Origin: Candidatus Zhuqueibacterota bacterium
GTDB lineage: Bacteria; Zhuqueibacterota; Zhuqueibacteria; Thermofontimicrobiales; Thermofontimicrobiaceae
Length of the DNA: 64,000 nt
Reading direction: 5' to 3'
Assembly (NCBI GenBank): GCA_049322915.1
Contig: JBMOPW010000014.1
Location: 224,001 to 288,000, forward strand
How positions within the stretch are numbered: position 1 is the stretch's first letter; every line of letters starts with the position of its first letter. The notes beneath the pieces are model-generated. The model saw nothing but the letters and a program-made list of their open reading frames with translations. It did not search any database and was not told the DNA's origin. The position numbers were made by a program, and so were the translations under genes. Below are positions 1 to 9,286 of the stretch, piece after piece.

Positions 1-861
1 AAACAGATTGAAGGGCATCGCGTACTGGGTCGGTTGCAGGATATTCCATTCATCCTTCACCGGAAAGTGATTGACAGGGTTATTTTTGTTGTTCCCCGGC
101 TATGGTTACACCGACTGGATGATGTCATTTTAGCATGTGAGAGAGAAGGAATTGCCACATCCATTTCGATGGATCTGTATGATCTGCGGATTGCCCGGAT
201 GCGCCAGACTAATTTCAATGGATTCCCCCTGCTGGAGTTTGAAACATTCCACGCCAAGGAGTGGCAGTTGTTTTTGAAGCGCAGCATGGATATCCTTCTC
301 TCGATTCTTCTTTTGATTGTCTTTTCACCCATTTTGCTTGTCACGGTAATTGCCATCAAGCTGAATTCACGAGGCCCCATATTATTCAGTCAGGTTCGTT
401 GCGGTGTGAATGGGAGAAAGTTCACGCTATATAAATTTCGGTCGATGATCGTCGGTGCGGAGATGAAGAAGAAGCTGCTGGAAAAACTGAATGAAATGGA
501 TGGGCCTGTTTTCAAAATAAAACATGATCCGCGCATTACCCGGGTTGGAAGAATCATCCGAAAATTCAGCATCGATGAATTGCCCCAGTTGTTTAACGTG
601 CTGAAAGGCGATATGAGCATCGTGGGGCCGCGGCCTCCCCTGCCGATTGAAGTGGAAATGTATCAAGTGTGGCAGCGGCGACGATTGAGCCTGAAGCCGG
701 GCATCACCTGCATCTGGCAGGTGAGTGGCCGAAACAATGTAAATTTCGACCGCTGGATGGAAATGGACCTGGAGTATATTGATAATTGGTCGCTCTGGCT
801 GGACTTGAAAATACTGATCAAGACAGGCTTTGTCGTCCTGCTGGGATACGGCGCAAGTTAG
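1..861 (+). CDS. Priming sugar (phosphoglycosyl) transferase, WcaJ/WbaP/ExoY family; 5' end lies outside the window
   Basis: Frame 1 is open from base 1. Bac_transf motifs: KRSMDI...TM helix, FTLYKFRSM, DPRITRVGRIIRKFSIDELPQLFNVLKGDMSIVGPRP, KPGITCIWQVSGR, DLEYIDNWSLWLDLKI. Confidence 0.93.
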   Translation, partial: KQIEGHRVLGRLQDIPFILHRKVIDRVIFVVPRLWLHRLDDVILACEREGIATSISMDLYDLRIARMRQTNFNGFPLLEFETFHAKEWQLFLKRSMDILLSILLLIVFSPILLVTVIAIKLNSRGPILFSQVRCGVNGRKFTLYKFRSMIVGAEMKKKLLEKLNEMDGPVFKIKHDPRITRVGRIIRKFSIDELPQLFNVLKGDMSIVGPRPPLPIEVEMYQVWQRRRLSLKPGITCIWQVSGRNNVNFDRWMEMDLEYIDNWSLWLDLKILIKTGFVVLLGYGAS

Positions 862-1118
862 TCAATGAAAAAATATTTTTAAATTGCGCCGAAAAATGAA
901 AGTAAGTATTCGAGACGAATTACTGGTGCACCATTCCATGCAATCAGTTTTATGCTGGTCAAGATATTTGATTTCTCCTGTCCCGGTCACTCCCTGATAC
1001 TTAATGTGTTGTGAGAATCAGCCGAAAATAATGTTCGAGGACGTTGTGGAAATGATGTGAGGGAAAGGCACCTTCCAGTATTATATTTTCCCCATTCTGT
1101 TTAATCATATTCTTAGCA

Positions 1119-1132
1119 TATTGAATTCAATA
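1119..1132. promoter_or_regulatory. Perfect 14-bp palindrome TATTGAATTCAATA, possible operator
   Basis: Seen directly, 36 bp upstream of the ATG at 1169, in an AT-rich intergenic region. Confidence 0.3.
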
Positions 1133-1168
1133 CATGATTTTATGCACTGCAAGAAAAGGTGAACAACT

Positions 1169-2362
1169 ATGAGAATATTAATGATTGCCCCACAGCCATT
1201 TTTTCAGCCGCGTGGCACTCCCATCAGCGTGATGCATCGGATTAATACACTGACAAAATTAGGGCATGAGATCGATTTGGTTACCTATCATCTGGGACAG
1301 AATATTCCCTTTCCAAATGTAACGTATTACCGAATTCCCAATTTACCATTTGTAAAAAAAATCAGTATCGGCCCGTCAAAAGTCAAAATCATCCTTGATT
1401 TTTTTGTCATTTTGAAAACGCTGAAATTGCTGATGCGAAACGATTATGATATCATCCACTCCCATGAAGAAGCTGGTTTCTTCGGGCACTGGCTTGCCAA
1501 ACGGTTTGGCGCGCTGCATTTATATGATATGCATTCTTCGTTGCCCCAGCAACTGACAAATTTCAAATTCACCAAAGCCCGGGCGCTGATCAGAATTTTT
1601 GATAAGCTGGAGGCCAACACCATCAACGGCTCTGACGCATTGATCACAATTTGCCCGGAGCTTTTTCACTATGTGGAAAAGCTTTACCCGACGAAAAAGC
1701 AGGTGCTCATTGAAAATGTCGCTGAAAACAGTATGGTGTTTGGTGAGCCGGAGATGGGTGATCTGGACATTAAAAAGCAATACAATCTGAACTCGCATAC
1801 CATTGTGCTGTACGCCGGCACGTTTGAACCGTACCAGGGTCTGGATTTGCTAATCGAAGCGAGCCGGTCGGTTGTGGACAGGGTGAAGAATGTCACTTTT
1901 CTGCTCGTCGGCGGCCATGGCGATCAGGTGGCGAAATACCAGCAGCAGATCGATGCGCGCAAAATGCAGGATTATTTTGTTCTGACAGGTCAGGTGAAAC
2001 CGGAAATGGTCCCCCGCTTTGTCGATGTGGCTGATATTCTGGTGACTCCTCGGATCGAAGGAAATAATACGCCGCTGAAAATTTATTCGTACCTGCGTTC
2101 GGGAAAGCCGATTGTCGCGACCAATCACATTACGCACACTCAGGTATTGGACGATACAGTGGCTATATTGACGGAATGCAATGCGGCATCGTTTGCAGAG
2201 GGTCTGGTGAAAGTTTTAAGGGATGATGAGCTGCGTAGAAAAATTTCAAAGAATGCCCGATCGCTGGCAGAAGAAAAATACAGCTATGAGGTGTATCTGG
2301 AGAAGACGCGCGGCGTTTATAATTACCTCGAACAAAAGAGGCGGTTAATGAAGGAGATATAA
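1169..2362 (+). CDS. Glycosyltransferase family 4 (GT-B)
   Basis: MRILMIAPQPFFQPRG N-terminus; YAGTFEPYQGLDLL; NTPLKIYSYLRSGKPIVAT. Confidence 0.88.
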   Translation: MRILMIAPQPFFQPRGTPISVMHRINTLTKLGHEIDLVTYHLGQNIPFPNVTYYRIPNLPFVKKISIGPSKVKIILDFFVILKTLKLLMRNDYDIIHSHEEAGFFGHWLAKRFGALHLYDMHSSLPQQLTNFKFTKARALIRIFDKLEANTINGSDALITICPELFHYVEKLYPTKKQVLIENVAENSMVFGEPEMGDLDIKKQYNLNSHTIVLYAGTFEPYQGLDLLIEASRSVVDRVKNVTFLLVGGHGDQVAKYQQQIDARKMQDYFVLTGQVKPEMVPRFVDVADILVTPRIEGNNTPLKIYSYLRSGKPIVATNHITHTQVLDDTVAILTECNAASFAEGLVKVLRDDELRRKISKNARSLAEEKYSYEVYLEKTRGVYNYLEQKRRLMKEI

Positions 2363-2365
2363 TCC

Positions 2366-4252
2366 ATGTGTGGGATTTGTGGGATTGTTAATTCAGCTAA
2401 AGACAATCAGGTGGACCCGGGGCTGCTCAAACGTATGACGGATGCAATCATCCACCGGGGACCGGATGAAGATGGGCATTATGTAAAGAATAATGTCGGC
2501 CTGGGCATGCGGCGCCTGAGCATCATCGATCTGAGCACGGGAAAACAGCCGATACATAACGAAGATAAAAATGTGTGGATTGTTTTCAACGGTGAAATTT
2601 ATAATCACAAAGAGGTTCGGGCGGAATTGGAGAAAGCCGGGCACCGGTTCGTCACCCAGTGTGATACAGAGGCCATTGTCCATGCCTATGAAGAATACGG
2701 CGAAAAGTGTGTCCAGAAACTGAACGGCATGTTTGCCTTCGCTATTTGGGATGAACGAAAAAATGTGCTGTTCCTGGCGCGAGATCGGGTCGGAATTAAA
2801 CCGCTTTACTATTTCTTTGATAAAAATCGGTTGATCTTCGGTTCGGAACTGAAAACTATTTTGAAGGCAAAGGATATTCCGCGGCGCATTGATCTTCAGG
2901 CGCTGGATAATTTTCTGACGTTCGAGTACATCCCGGCGCCATTGAGCATTTTTCAGGACATCAAAAAATTGCCCCCCGGCCATACGCTCACGTACCGGGA
3001 CAATGAAATCTGGATTCGCAATTACTGGGACCTGGAACTCCGCTCCAATGGCAAGACCTATGATGAGTACCTCACAAATTTGAGGGACCTGCTCCAGGAT
3101 GCTGTGAAAATACGCCTGATGAGCGATGTGCCTCTGGGCGCATTTCTGAGCGGCGGTATCGATTCCAGCATCATTGTGGCGTTGATGGCGCAGGTGATGG
3201 ATCAGCCGGTGAAAACGTTTTCCATCGGATTTGAAGAGTCAACCTACAACGAGCTAAAGTATGCCCGATTGGTGGCAGATAAATTTAAGACAGATCATCA
3301 TGAATTCATCATCAAGCCTGATGCGGTGGATTTAGCGGATAATTTGTTGAAATTTCTAGATGAGCCATTTGGCGATTTTTCGATCTTCCCGACATACCTC
3401 GTGTCAAAAATGGCGCGGGATTACGTCACTGTCACCCTGTCCGGCGATGGCGGCGATGAGCTGTTTGGCGGCTATGACACGTACATCGCTGACCAGTTGT
3501 CTAAAAAATACAATCAACTGCCCCATGCATTGCGCAATGGCTTACTGACAAGGCTTCTGGGTATCATTCCGCCGTCTTCAAAGAAAAAAGGACTGGTGAA
3601 TCGGGCCAAGCGATTTGTCGAAGGCATGAGATTGCCGGAAGATTTGCGCCATGTCCGCTGGATGATTTTCCTCCAGGATTATGAGAAAAACTATCTCTAT
3701 GCGCAGGACATGAAAAGCGGCATTCTCGAGAAGGATCCCTACAAGTTCATCCGGCGCTATTTTACCAATGTCGCATACAGCCAGAAAGATGAAATCAACC
3801 AGCAAATGTACGTGGATGTGAAAACCTATCTGGTCGATGATATTCTGGTGAAAGTCGATCGTATGAGTATGGCCACTTCGCTGGAAGCGCGCGTGCCATT
3901 CCTGGATTATCGATTTGTTGAATTCGCCGGCTCCGTGCCGGGACATTACAAGCTTCAGGGGCGCAAGACGAAATTGATTCTCAAACAGGCCATGGCCGAT
4001 TTGTTGCCTCAGGAAATTTTGACGCGAGGCAAAGAGGGATTCAGTATTCCCATAAAAAATTGGCTGAAAAATGAACTGAAGCCCATGATGATGGATACGT
4101 TATCACCTGAAAAAATTAAACGCGAGGGATTCTTTGATCCAACGTATGTTCAGCAACTGAAGAATGAGCATTTATCCGGCAAGGAAAATCACAGCCATCG
4201 CCTGTGGGCGTTGATGATTTTCGGGCGCTGGTACGACCTTTATATGCAGTAG
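2366..4252 (+). CDS. asnB: Asparagine synthetase B-like glutamine amidotransferase (polysaccharide amidation type)
   Basis: MCGICG Ntn nucleophile; HRGPD; RRLSIID; FNGEIYN; LSGGIDSS; LSGDGGDELFGGY; SLEARVPFLD. Confidence 0.93.
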   Translation: MCGICGIVNSAKDNQVDPGLLKRMTDAIIHRGPDEDGHYVKNNVGLGMRRLSIIDLSTGKQPIHNEDKNVWIVFNGEIYNHKEVRAELEKAGHRFVTQCDTEAIVHAYEEYGEKCVQKLNGMFAFAIWDERKNVLFLARDRVGIKPLYYFFDKNRLIFGSELKTILKAKDIPRRIDLQALDNFLTFEYIPAPLSIFQDIKKLPPGHTLTYRDNEIWIRNYWDLELRSNGKTYDEYLTNLRDLLQDAVKIRLMSDVPLGAFLSGGIDSSIIVALMAQVMDQPVKTFSIGFEESTYNELKYARLVADKFKTDHHEFIIKPDAVDLADNLLKFLDEPFGDFSIFPTYLVSKMARDYVTVTLSGDGGDELFGGYDTYIADQLSKKYNQLPHALRNGLLTRLLGIIPPSSKKKGLVNRAKRFVEGMRLPEDLRHVRWMIFLQDYEKNYLYAQDMKSGILEKDPYKFIRRYFTNVAYSQKDEINQQMYVDVKTYLVDDILVKVDRMSMATSLEARVPFLDYRFVEFAGSVPGHYKLQGRKTKLILKQAMADLLPQEILTRGKEGFSIPIKNWLKNELKPMMMDTLSPEKIKREGFFDPTYVQQLKNEHLSGKENHSHRLWALMIFGRWYDLYMQ

Positions 4253-4404
4253 TGAACCGGGCGCATGGCGTGAAAGATGAAGCTGGATAGTCGATGCAAT
4301 GATCTCGCCCTGACTCTGGGCATTTTAATAAGTTATCGTTTCGGATATTTGATCGCATGGATGGAAATGTGTGACAGGATTTTTGAAAGACGAAAGAGGA
4401 TAAT

Positions 4405-6084
4405 ATGAAGCGCGAATTGGATAAACTTGAACAGACAAAATATGATCTGGTTATCATCGGCGCTGGAATCTACGGTGTGGCAGCAGCCTGGGATGCTTCG
4501 CTGCGCGGCCTGAAAGTGGCGCTCATCGATAAGGACGATTTTGGCGCTGCCACCTCATCCAATAGTTTGAAGACAATTCATGGCGGGCTCCGTTACTTGC
4601 AGCAGTTGGATTTTAAACGGATGCGGGAGTCCATTCATGAGCGAATGGTACTGATGCGGATAGCGCCTCATCTGGTGTACCCGTTGCGGGTGGTCATGCC
4701 AACCTACAGCTATAAAATGAAAAGCCGATTGGCCATGATGGCTGCGTTGATTGCCAATGACATCGTTGGATTTGACCGGAATAAACTGGATGATCCCCAT
4801 AAATTTATGCCGTCGGGATTTACCGTTTCAAAGAAAAAAGTTCAGGACTATATTCCGTGTTATACAAAATATAATTTGAATGGCGGCGCGGTATGGTACG
4901 ATTGCCAGTGCTACAATACCGAGCGTTTGCTTCTCTCGTTCATTTTGTCCGCGGCGGAAAAAGGCGCTGATATGGCGAATTACGTACAGGCCAAGGGATT
5001 TTTACGCGACGGAAATCAAATTACCGGACTTAAGGCTAAAGATCAACTCACCGGGAGGGAATTTGAAATTCGAACCAGTATGGTGGTGAACAATTCCGGA
5101 CCGTGGGTTGATGCAGTATTAGGCCAGCTCAATGGTAAATTGCCGGAGCCAAAGTTCAAGCTATCGTCGGCGATGAATATTGTTGTCAAGCGCAACCTGT
5201 TCGCAGACAATGCGGCTGGGTTGTCCGGCCCGTATCAGTACGTTCATCCGGATGGCTCAGTCTACAAAGCGCATCGGATCCTGTTTTTCGCTCCCTGGCG
5301 TGAGTACACCATTATCGGAACCAATCACCTGGCGTTCACGGCGGAAAAACCGGATGGTTACAAAGTGACGGAACAGGAGATACTTGATTTTTTGAGCGCG
5401 GTGAATCAGGCCTATCCCGGAGTGAATATCAAACGAGAGGAAGTGACGCTTGCCTATTACGGATTTTTACCCATGGCTCAGCAGAATCCGCATACCGGCG
5501 AGGTCAATCTGGAAAAGCATTATAAAATTTATGATCACCAGAAGACGGACAATGTGCAGGGGATACTTACGGTGATCGGCGTGAAATATACCACTGCGCG
5601 CGATGTTGCCCGTAAAACGATCGACATGGTTTTTTCGAAATTGAATCGCACATCGCCGCCATGCTCCACAGATGAGACAAGACTTTATGGCGGGTCCATC
5701 GAGCGATTCAAGGATTTTCTGGAAGGCAACATTCAGAGCAAACCGCACGGCCTTGACAAATCCGTGATGACTCACCTCAGCTACAATTATGGCTCGCGGT
5801 TCACCGATATTCTGGACTATTCCGAGGTCGATGCGGCGTGGCTCGAAAAAATTCCCAACTCCGACGAAGTGCTGAGGGCTGAGGTGCTTCACGGTGTTCG
5901 GGAAGAGATGGCCATGAAGCTCGCGGACATTGTTTTCCGCAGGACGGATCTGGGCAGCGCGGAAAATCCCGGGCCACAGGCGTTAAGAGCGTGCGCCGAG
6001 ATTATGGCGAAGGAATTGGGCTGGGACCGAGCCAGAATAGAAAAGGAGATCGATGAGACAAATCAGCTCTATCGAACGGTTTAG
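4405..6084 (+). CDS. FAD-dependent oxidoreductase, glycerol-3-phosphate dehydrogenase (GlpD/GlpA)-like
   Basis: IIGAGIYG FAD motif; ATSSNSLKTIHGGLRYL; NNSGPWVD; GVKYTTAR; C-terminal DAO_C-like EEMAMKLADIVFRRTDLG. Confidence 0.85.
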   Translation: MKRELDKLEQTKYDLVIIGAGIYGVAAAWDASLRGLKVALIDKDDFGAATSSNSLKTIHGGLRYLQQLDFKRMRESIHERMVLMRIAPHLVYPLRVVMPTYSYKMKSRLAMMAALIANDIVGFDRNKLDDPHKFMPSGFTVSKKKVQDYIPCYTKYNLNGGAVWYDCQCYNTERLLLSFILSAAEKGADMANYVQAKGFLRDGNQITGLKAKDQLTGREFEIRTSMVVNNSGPWVDAVLGQLNGKLPEPKFKLSSAMNIVVKRNLFADNAAGLSGPYQYVHPDGSVYKAHRILFFAPWREYTIIGTNHLAFTAEKPDGYKVTEQEILDFLSAVNQAYPGVNIKREEVTLAYYGFLPMAQQNPHTGEVNLEKHYKIYDHQKTDNVQGILTVIGVKYTTARDVARKTIDMVFSKLNRTSPPCSTDETRLYGGSIERFKDFLEGNIQSKPHGLDKSVMTHLSYNYGSRFTDILDYSEVDAAWLEKIPNSDEVLRAEVLHGVREEMAMKLADIVFRRTDLGSAENPGPQALRACAEIMAKELGWDRARIEKEIDETNQLYRTV

Positions 6085-6188
6085 CCGCATCATCTTATGA
6101 ATGAAAAAAATGACACCTTCCTGCAACTTCATGGAATGGTGACTTCATGGCAAGTATGCATGCCTGAATAGCAACGAAAATTCTTTTC

Positions 6189-6224
6189 AACCCGGAACCG
6201 CGAACCTATAAACCCGGAACCTGA
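6189..6224. repeat. Short degenerate ~7-bp tandem repeat (AACCCGG/AACCGCG/AACCTAT/AACCCGG/AACCTGA)
   Basis: Five AACC-initiated units at 7-8 bp spacing in the intergenic region. Confidence 0.45.
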
Positions 6225-6311
6225 GCTGTTACAAATAAATTGACATAAAAAATAACATTTTGTTGAAGTTATACCGATAGTAAAATATATCCAAACAAAA
6301 AGGATCTATCA

Positions 6312-7298
6312 ATGAACAAAAAAGTTCTTGTCACCGGAGCGACCGGTTTTACGGGTGGCTATTTATGCGAGAATCTGGTTCGAAAAGGTTACCAGGTGCG
6401 CGCGCTGTCTCTTCCGACGCAGAACTACACCCGATTGAAGGACATGGGCATTGACGTGGTGATCGGCGATCTCACGAAAAAGGAAACATTGGCTCCGGCC
6501 GTGAAAGATATCGAGATTGTTTTTCATATTGCAGCGATCTTCCGTGAACAGGATGTCCCCAACCATTTTTTCTACGATGTGAATGTGGGCGGTACCAAAA
6601 ATCTTTTGGAGGCGTCTGTCGAAGCCGGCGTGCGACGATTTGTTCATTGCAGCACAGTGGGAGTTCAGGGCGAGATTAAAAATCCGCCGGCGACTGAAAA
6701 CGCGCCCTACAATCCCGGCGACGTTTACCAGCGCTCGAAAGTTAAGGGAGAAAAACTGGCACTGAAATTCTTCGAAGAACACGATATCGAAGGAGTGGTC
6801 TTTCGGCCGGTTGGTATTTACGGGCCCGGGGATATGCGATTTCTGAAAATATTCAAGTTCATCAACAACGGCAAATTCAAAATGATCGGCGATGGAAACG
6901 TGTTATACCATCTGACCTACGTCACCGATTTGACAGAGGGAATCATTCTGTGCGGCGAGAGACCGGAAGCTGCCGGTGAAATATTTACGCTGGGCGGCAA
7001 TGAATACGTCACGCTCAATGAATATGTCCGATTGGTCGCCGAGGCGCTGGGCGTGGCGGCGCCGACCCGGAAAATTCCGGTGTGGCCGGTCTGGACTGCG
7101 GGATTGCTGTGCGAGATGGCATGCTATCCGCTTCGCATTCAGCCCCCAATTTACCGGCGCCGGGTGGATTTTTTCATCAAAGACAGGGCTTTTGATATTT
7201 CCAAAGCCAAAAAGCTATTGGGTTATCAGCCGACCATTGATTTGAAAACCGGACTCAAACAGACCGGGGACTGGTACCGGGAGCAGGGGTTATTGTAA
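6312..7298 (+). CDS. NAD-dependent epimerase/dehydratase (extended SDR)
   Basis: VTGATGFTG; HCSTVGV; catalytic YQRSK; RPVGIYGPG. Confidence 0.9.
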   Translation: MNKKVLVTGATGFTGGYLCENLVRKGYQVRALSLPTQNYTRLKDMGIDVVIGDLTKKETLAPAVKDIEIVFHIAAIFREQDVPNHFFYDVNVGGTKNLLEASVEAGVRRFVHCSTVGVQGEIKNPPATENAPYNPGDVYQRSKVKGEKLALKFFEEHDIEGVVFRPVGIYGPGDMRFLKIFKFINNGKFKMIGDGNVLYHLTYVTDLTEGIILCGERPEAAGEIFTLGGNEYVTLNEYVRLVAEALGVAAPTRKIPVWPVWTAGLLCEMACYPLRIQPPIYRRRVDFFIKDRAFDISKAKKLLGYQPTIDLKTGLKQTGDWYREQGLL

Positions 7299-7325
7299 CA
7301 CGCGAAAAAAATGAACAGGTAGGCC

Positions 7326-8090
7326 ATGAAAGAAGAGACTGTTGAAATTCAGAAAGAATTGTTTGATGAAAAAAAATCAGCCCTGAAGAAATACCAGGAG
7401 TTGATCATCGGCAAGACAGGGCTTTGGAAGCTCATCCGATACGAATTCATCATGACTTTTTGCAGTGGGGTACCCGGCGCGCTGGGTCTTGTGCTTCGAA
7501 TGAAATTGTTCCCGAAACTGCTGGGCAAGGTGGGCCGAAACGTGACGTTTGGACAAAATGTGGTCCTCAGGCACCCGCATAAAATTGTGATTGGCGATAA
7601 TGTGGTGGTCGATGATAATGTCGTTCTGGATGCCAAAGGACAGGATAATCGGGGCATCACGATTGGAAATGATGTGTTCATTGGCCGGAACACAATTCTC
7701 AACTGTAAGAATGGCGACATCACCCTGGGTGATCGGGCCAATATCGGTTTCAACAGCCAGATCTTTTCTGCCAATTTTGTAAATGTGGGCAAGAATGCGC
7801 TGGTCGCGGCCTATTGCTATTTCGTGGGGGGCACCCATAAATTCGACCGGCTGGATGTGTCGCCGCTGGAGCAGGCGCGACAGGCTGAAGGCATTACCAT
7901 CGGCGATAACAACTGGTTCGGCGCCAGCGTGAAGGTTCTGGACGGTGTGACGATTGGCCACGACTGCGTCATTGGCACCGCCGCCGTCGTGACGACGGAT
8001 ATCCCAGATTTCTCCATTGCTGTGGGGATCCCGGCAAAAGTCATTCGGGACCGACGGGAGTCGGCGTCGCAAAAAGAGAGTGTCAGGTAA
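7326..8090 (+). CDS. Left-handed beta-helix (hexapeptide) acyltransferase
   Basis: Hexapeptide repeats (IVIGDNVVV, ITIGNDVFIG, ITLGDRANIG); GVTIGHDCVIGTAAVVT; AVGIPAKVIR. Confidence 0.88.
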   Translation: MKEETVEIQKELFDEKKSALKKYQELIIGKTGLWKLIRYEFIMTFCSGVPGALGLVLRMKLFPKLLGKVGRNVTFGQNVVLRHPHKIVIGDNVVVDDNVVLDAKGQDNRGITIGNDVFIGRNTILNCKNGDITLGDRANIGFNSQIFSANFVNVGKNALVAAYCYFVGGTHKFDRLDVSPLEQARQAEGITIGDNNWFGASVKVLDGVTIGHDCVIGTAAVVTTDIPDFSIAVGIPAKVIRDRRESASQKESVR

Positions 8091-8125
8091 TTGGTTTTGC
8101 CTGCCTGCCAAATGAGAGGAAACGC

Positions 8126-9250
8126 ATGAAAAAGCGAATGTTGTACATCAGTGTGTATGATCCTCATGTGCCATATACCGGCGCCGGAGTGAGGGGGGGT
8201 GAATTTGTAACCAATCTCGCCAGGAGATTTTCCATCGATTTAATTTATCTGGAGGGCTCCGGCCATCCCGGCGATCCTGTGCTGGAAGATAAATTTGAAT
8301 GGCGCGTGCAGGGCGTGAATAAAAAAATTAAAATACCCTTTTCCATGCGCAATTATTTTTTATTCAGCAAATCGATCATGCTCGAAGCGGAAACGTTGAT
8401 CAATCAAAAAAAATATGATGTGGTGCTGACTGATTATGGGCTCAGCGCCATTTACGGCATGCGAATCAAGAAAAAATATGAAATTCCATTTGTCTACTGT
8501 TCGCACAATGTGGAATACCGGCAATACCTGGGCAAGGCCAAAACGGACAAGCGGCGCTATCTGTTTGTTCCGTATGTCTACCATATCGAAAAGAAAGGCG
8601 TGAAATTGTGCGACGTGCTGGTGCCGATCTCGGAGCAGGATGCCGAGTTCTACGCTCGGTGGACTGACCGCGAAAAAATGGTGCCGGTGCCGCAATGCTT
8701 CAACGAAGAGATTTTCAATCCGTTTTACGAACCGCCGGTGAATGATCCCAGGACTGTCTTGTTCTTCGGGAATTACAATATTTCCACCAACCGCGAGGCA
8801 GTGTATGCCGCCCGCGACAAAGTGGTGGATCAGGTTCTGGCACGTGTTCCCAATGTGAAATTTCAATTCATTGGCGCGAACCCACCAACGGACATCAACC
8901 ACCCCAATATGGAATTCGTCGGATTTGTGGAGCATCTCGAATATTATCTGAAAAACTGTGACGTGATGATTTCGCCCATTTTAATGGGATGGGGCATGCC
9001 AACGAAGATCATTGAATCTCTCGCCTGCGGAAAGCCAATCGTGGCCACCGAGGCGGCGGCGCGCGCCGTGCCGAAAAAATATCGCACCCTCCGTGTCGTC
9101 GATATCGACAATTTCGCTGATGCAGTCGTGGAAGCATTGCAGCGGAACCGACCGGTCGATTCTTCCGATTTTGACATGCTCAAAAAGGAATTCACCTGGG
9201 CCGGCGCAATTAAAAAATTAGCCGATAAAATTGAACAGGTCATCGAATAA
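8126..9250 (+). CDS. Glycosyltransferase family 4
   Basis: SHNVEY; LFFGNYNISTN; GMPTKIIESLACGKPIVAT. Confidence 0.85.
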   Translation: MKKRMLYISVYDPHVPYTGAGVRGGEFVTNLARRFSIDLIYLEGSGHPGDPVLEDKFEWRVQGVNKKIKIPFSMRNYFLFSKSIMLEAETLINQKKYDVVLTDYGLSAIYGMRIKKKYEIPFVYCSHNVEYRQYLGKAKTDKRRYLFVPYVYHIEKKGVKLCDVLVPISEQDAEFYARWTDREKMVPVPQCFNEEIFNPFYEPPVNDPRTVLFFGNYNISTNREAVYAARDKVVDQVLARVPNVKFQFIGANPPTDINHPNMEFVGFVEHLEYYLKNCDVMISPILMGWGMPTKIIESLACGKPIVATEAAARAVPKKYRTLRVVDIDNFADAVVEALQRNRPVDSSDFDMLKKEFTWAGAIKKLADKIEQVIE

Positions 9251-9286
9251 TCCCGACTCACTGAAGTCAATTTAAAAGGATACCAT

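Noticed and set aside
6085..6093. CCGCATCAT right after stop codons at both 6085 and 22811
   Set aside because: Only a 9-mer with no extended similarity; compatible with chance.
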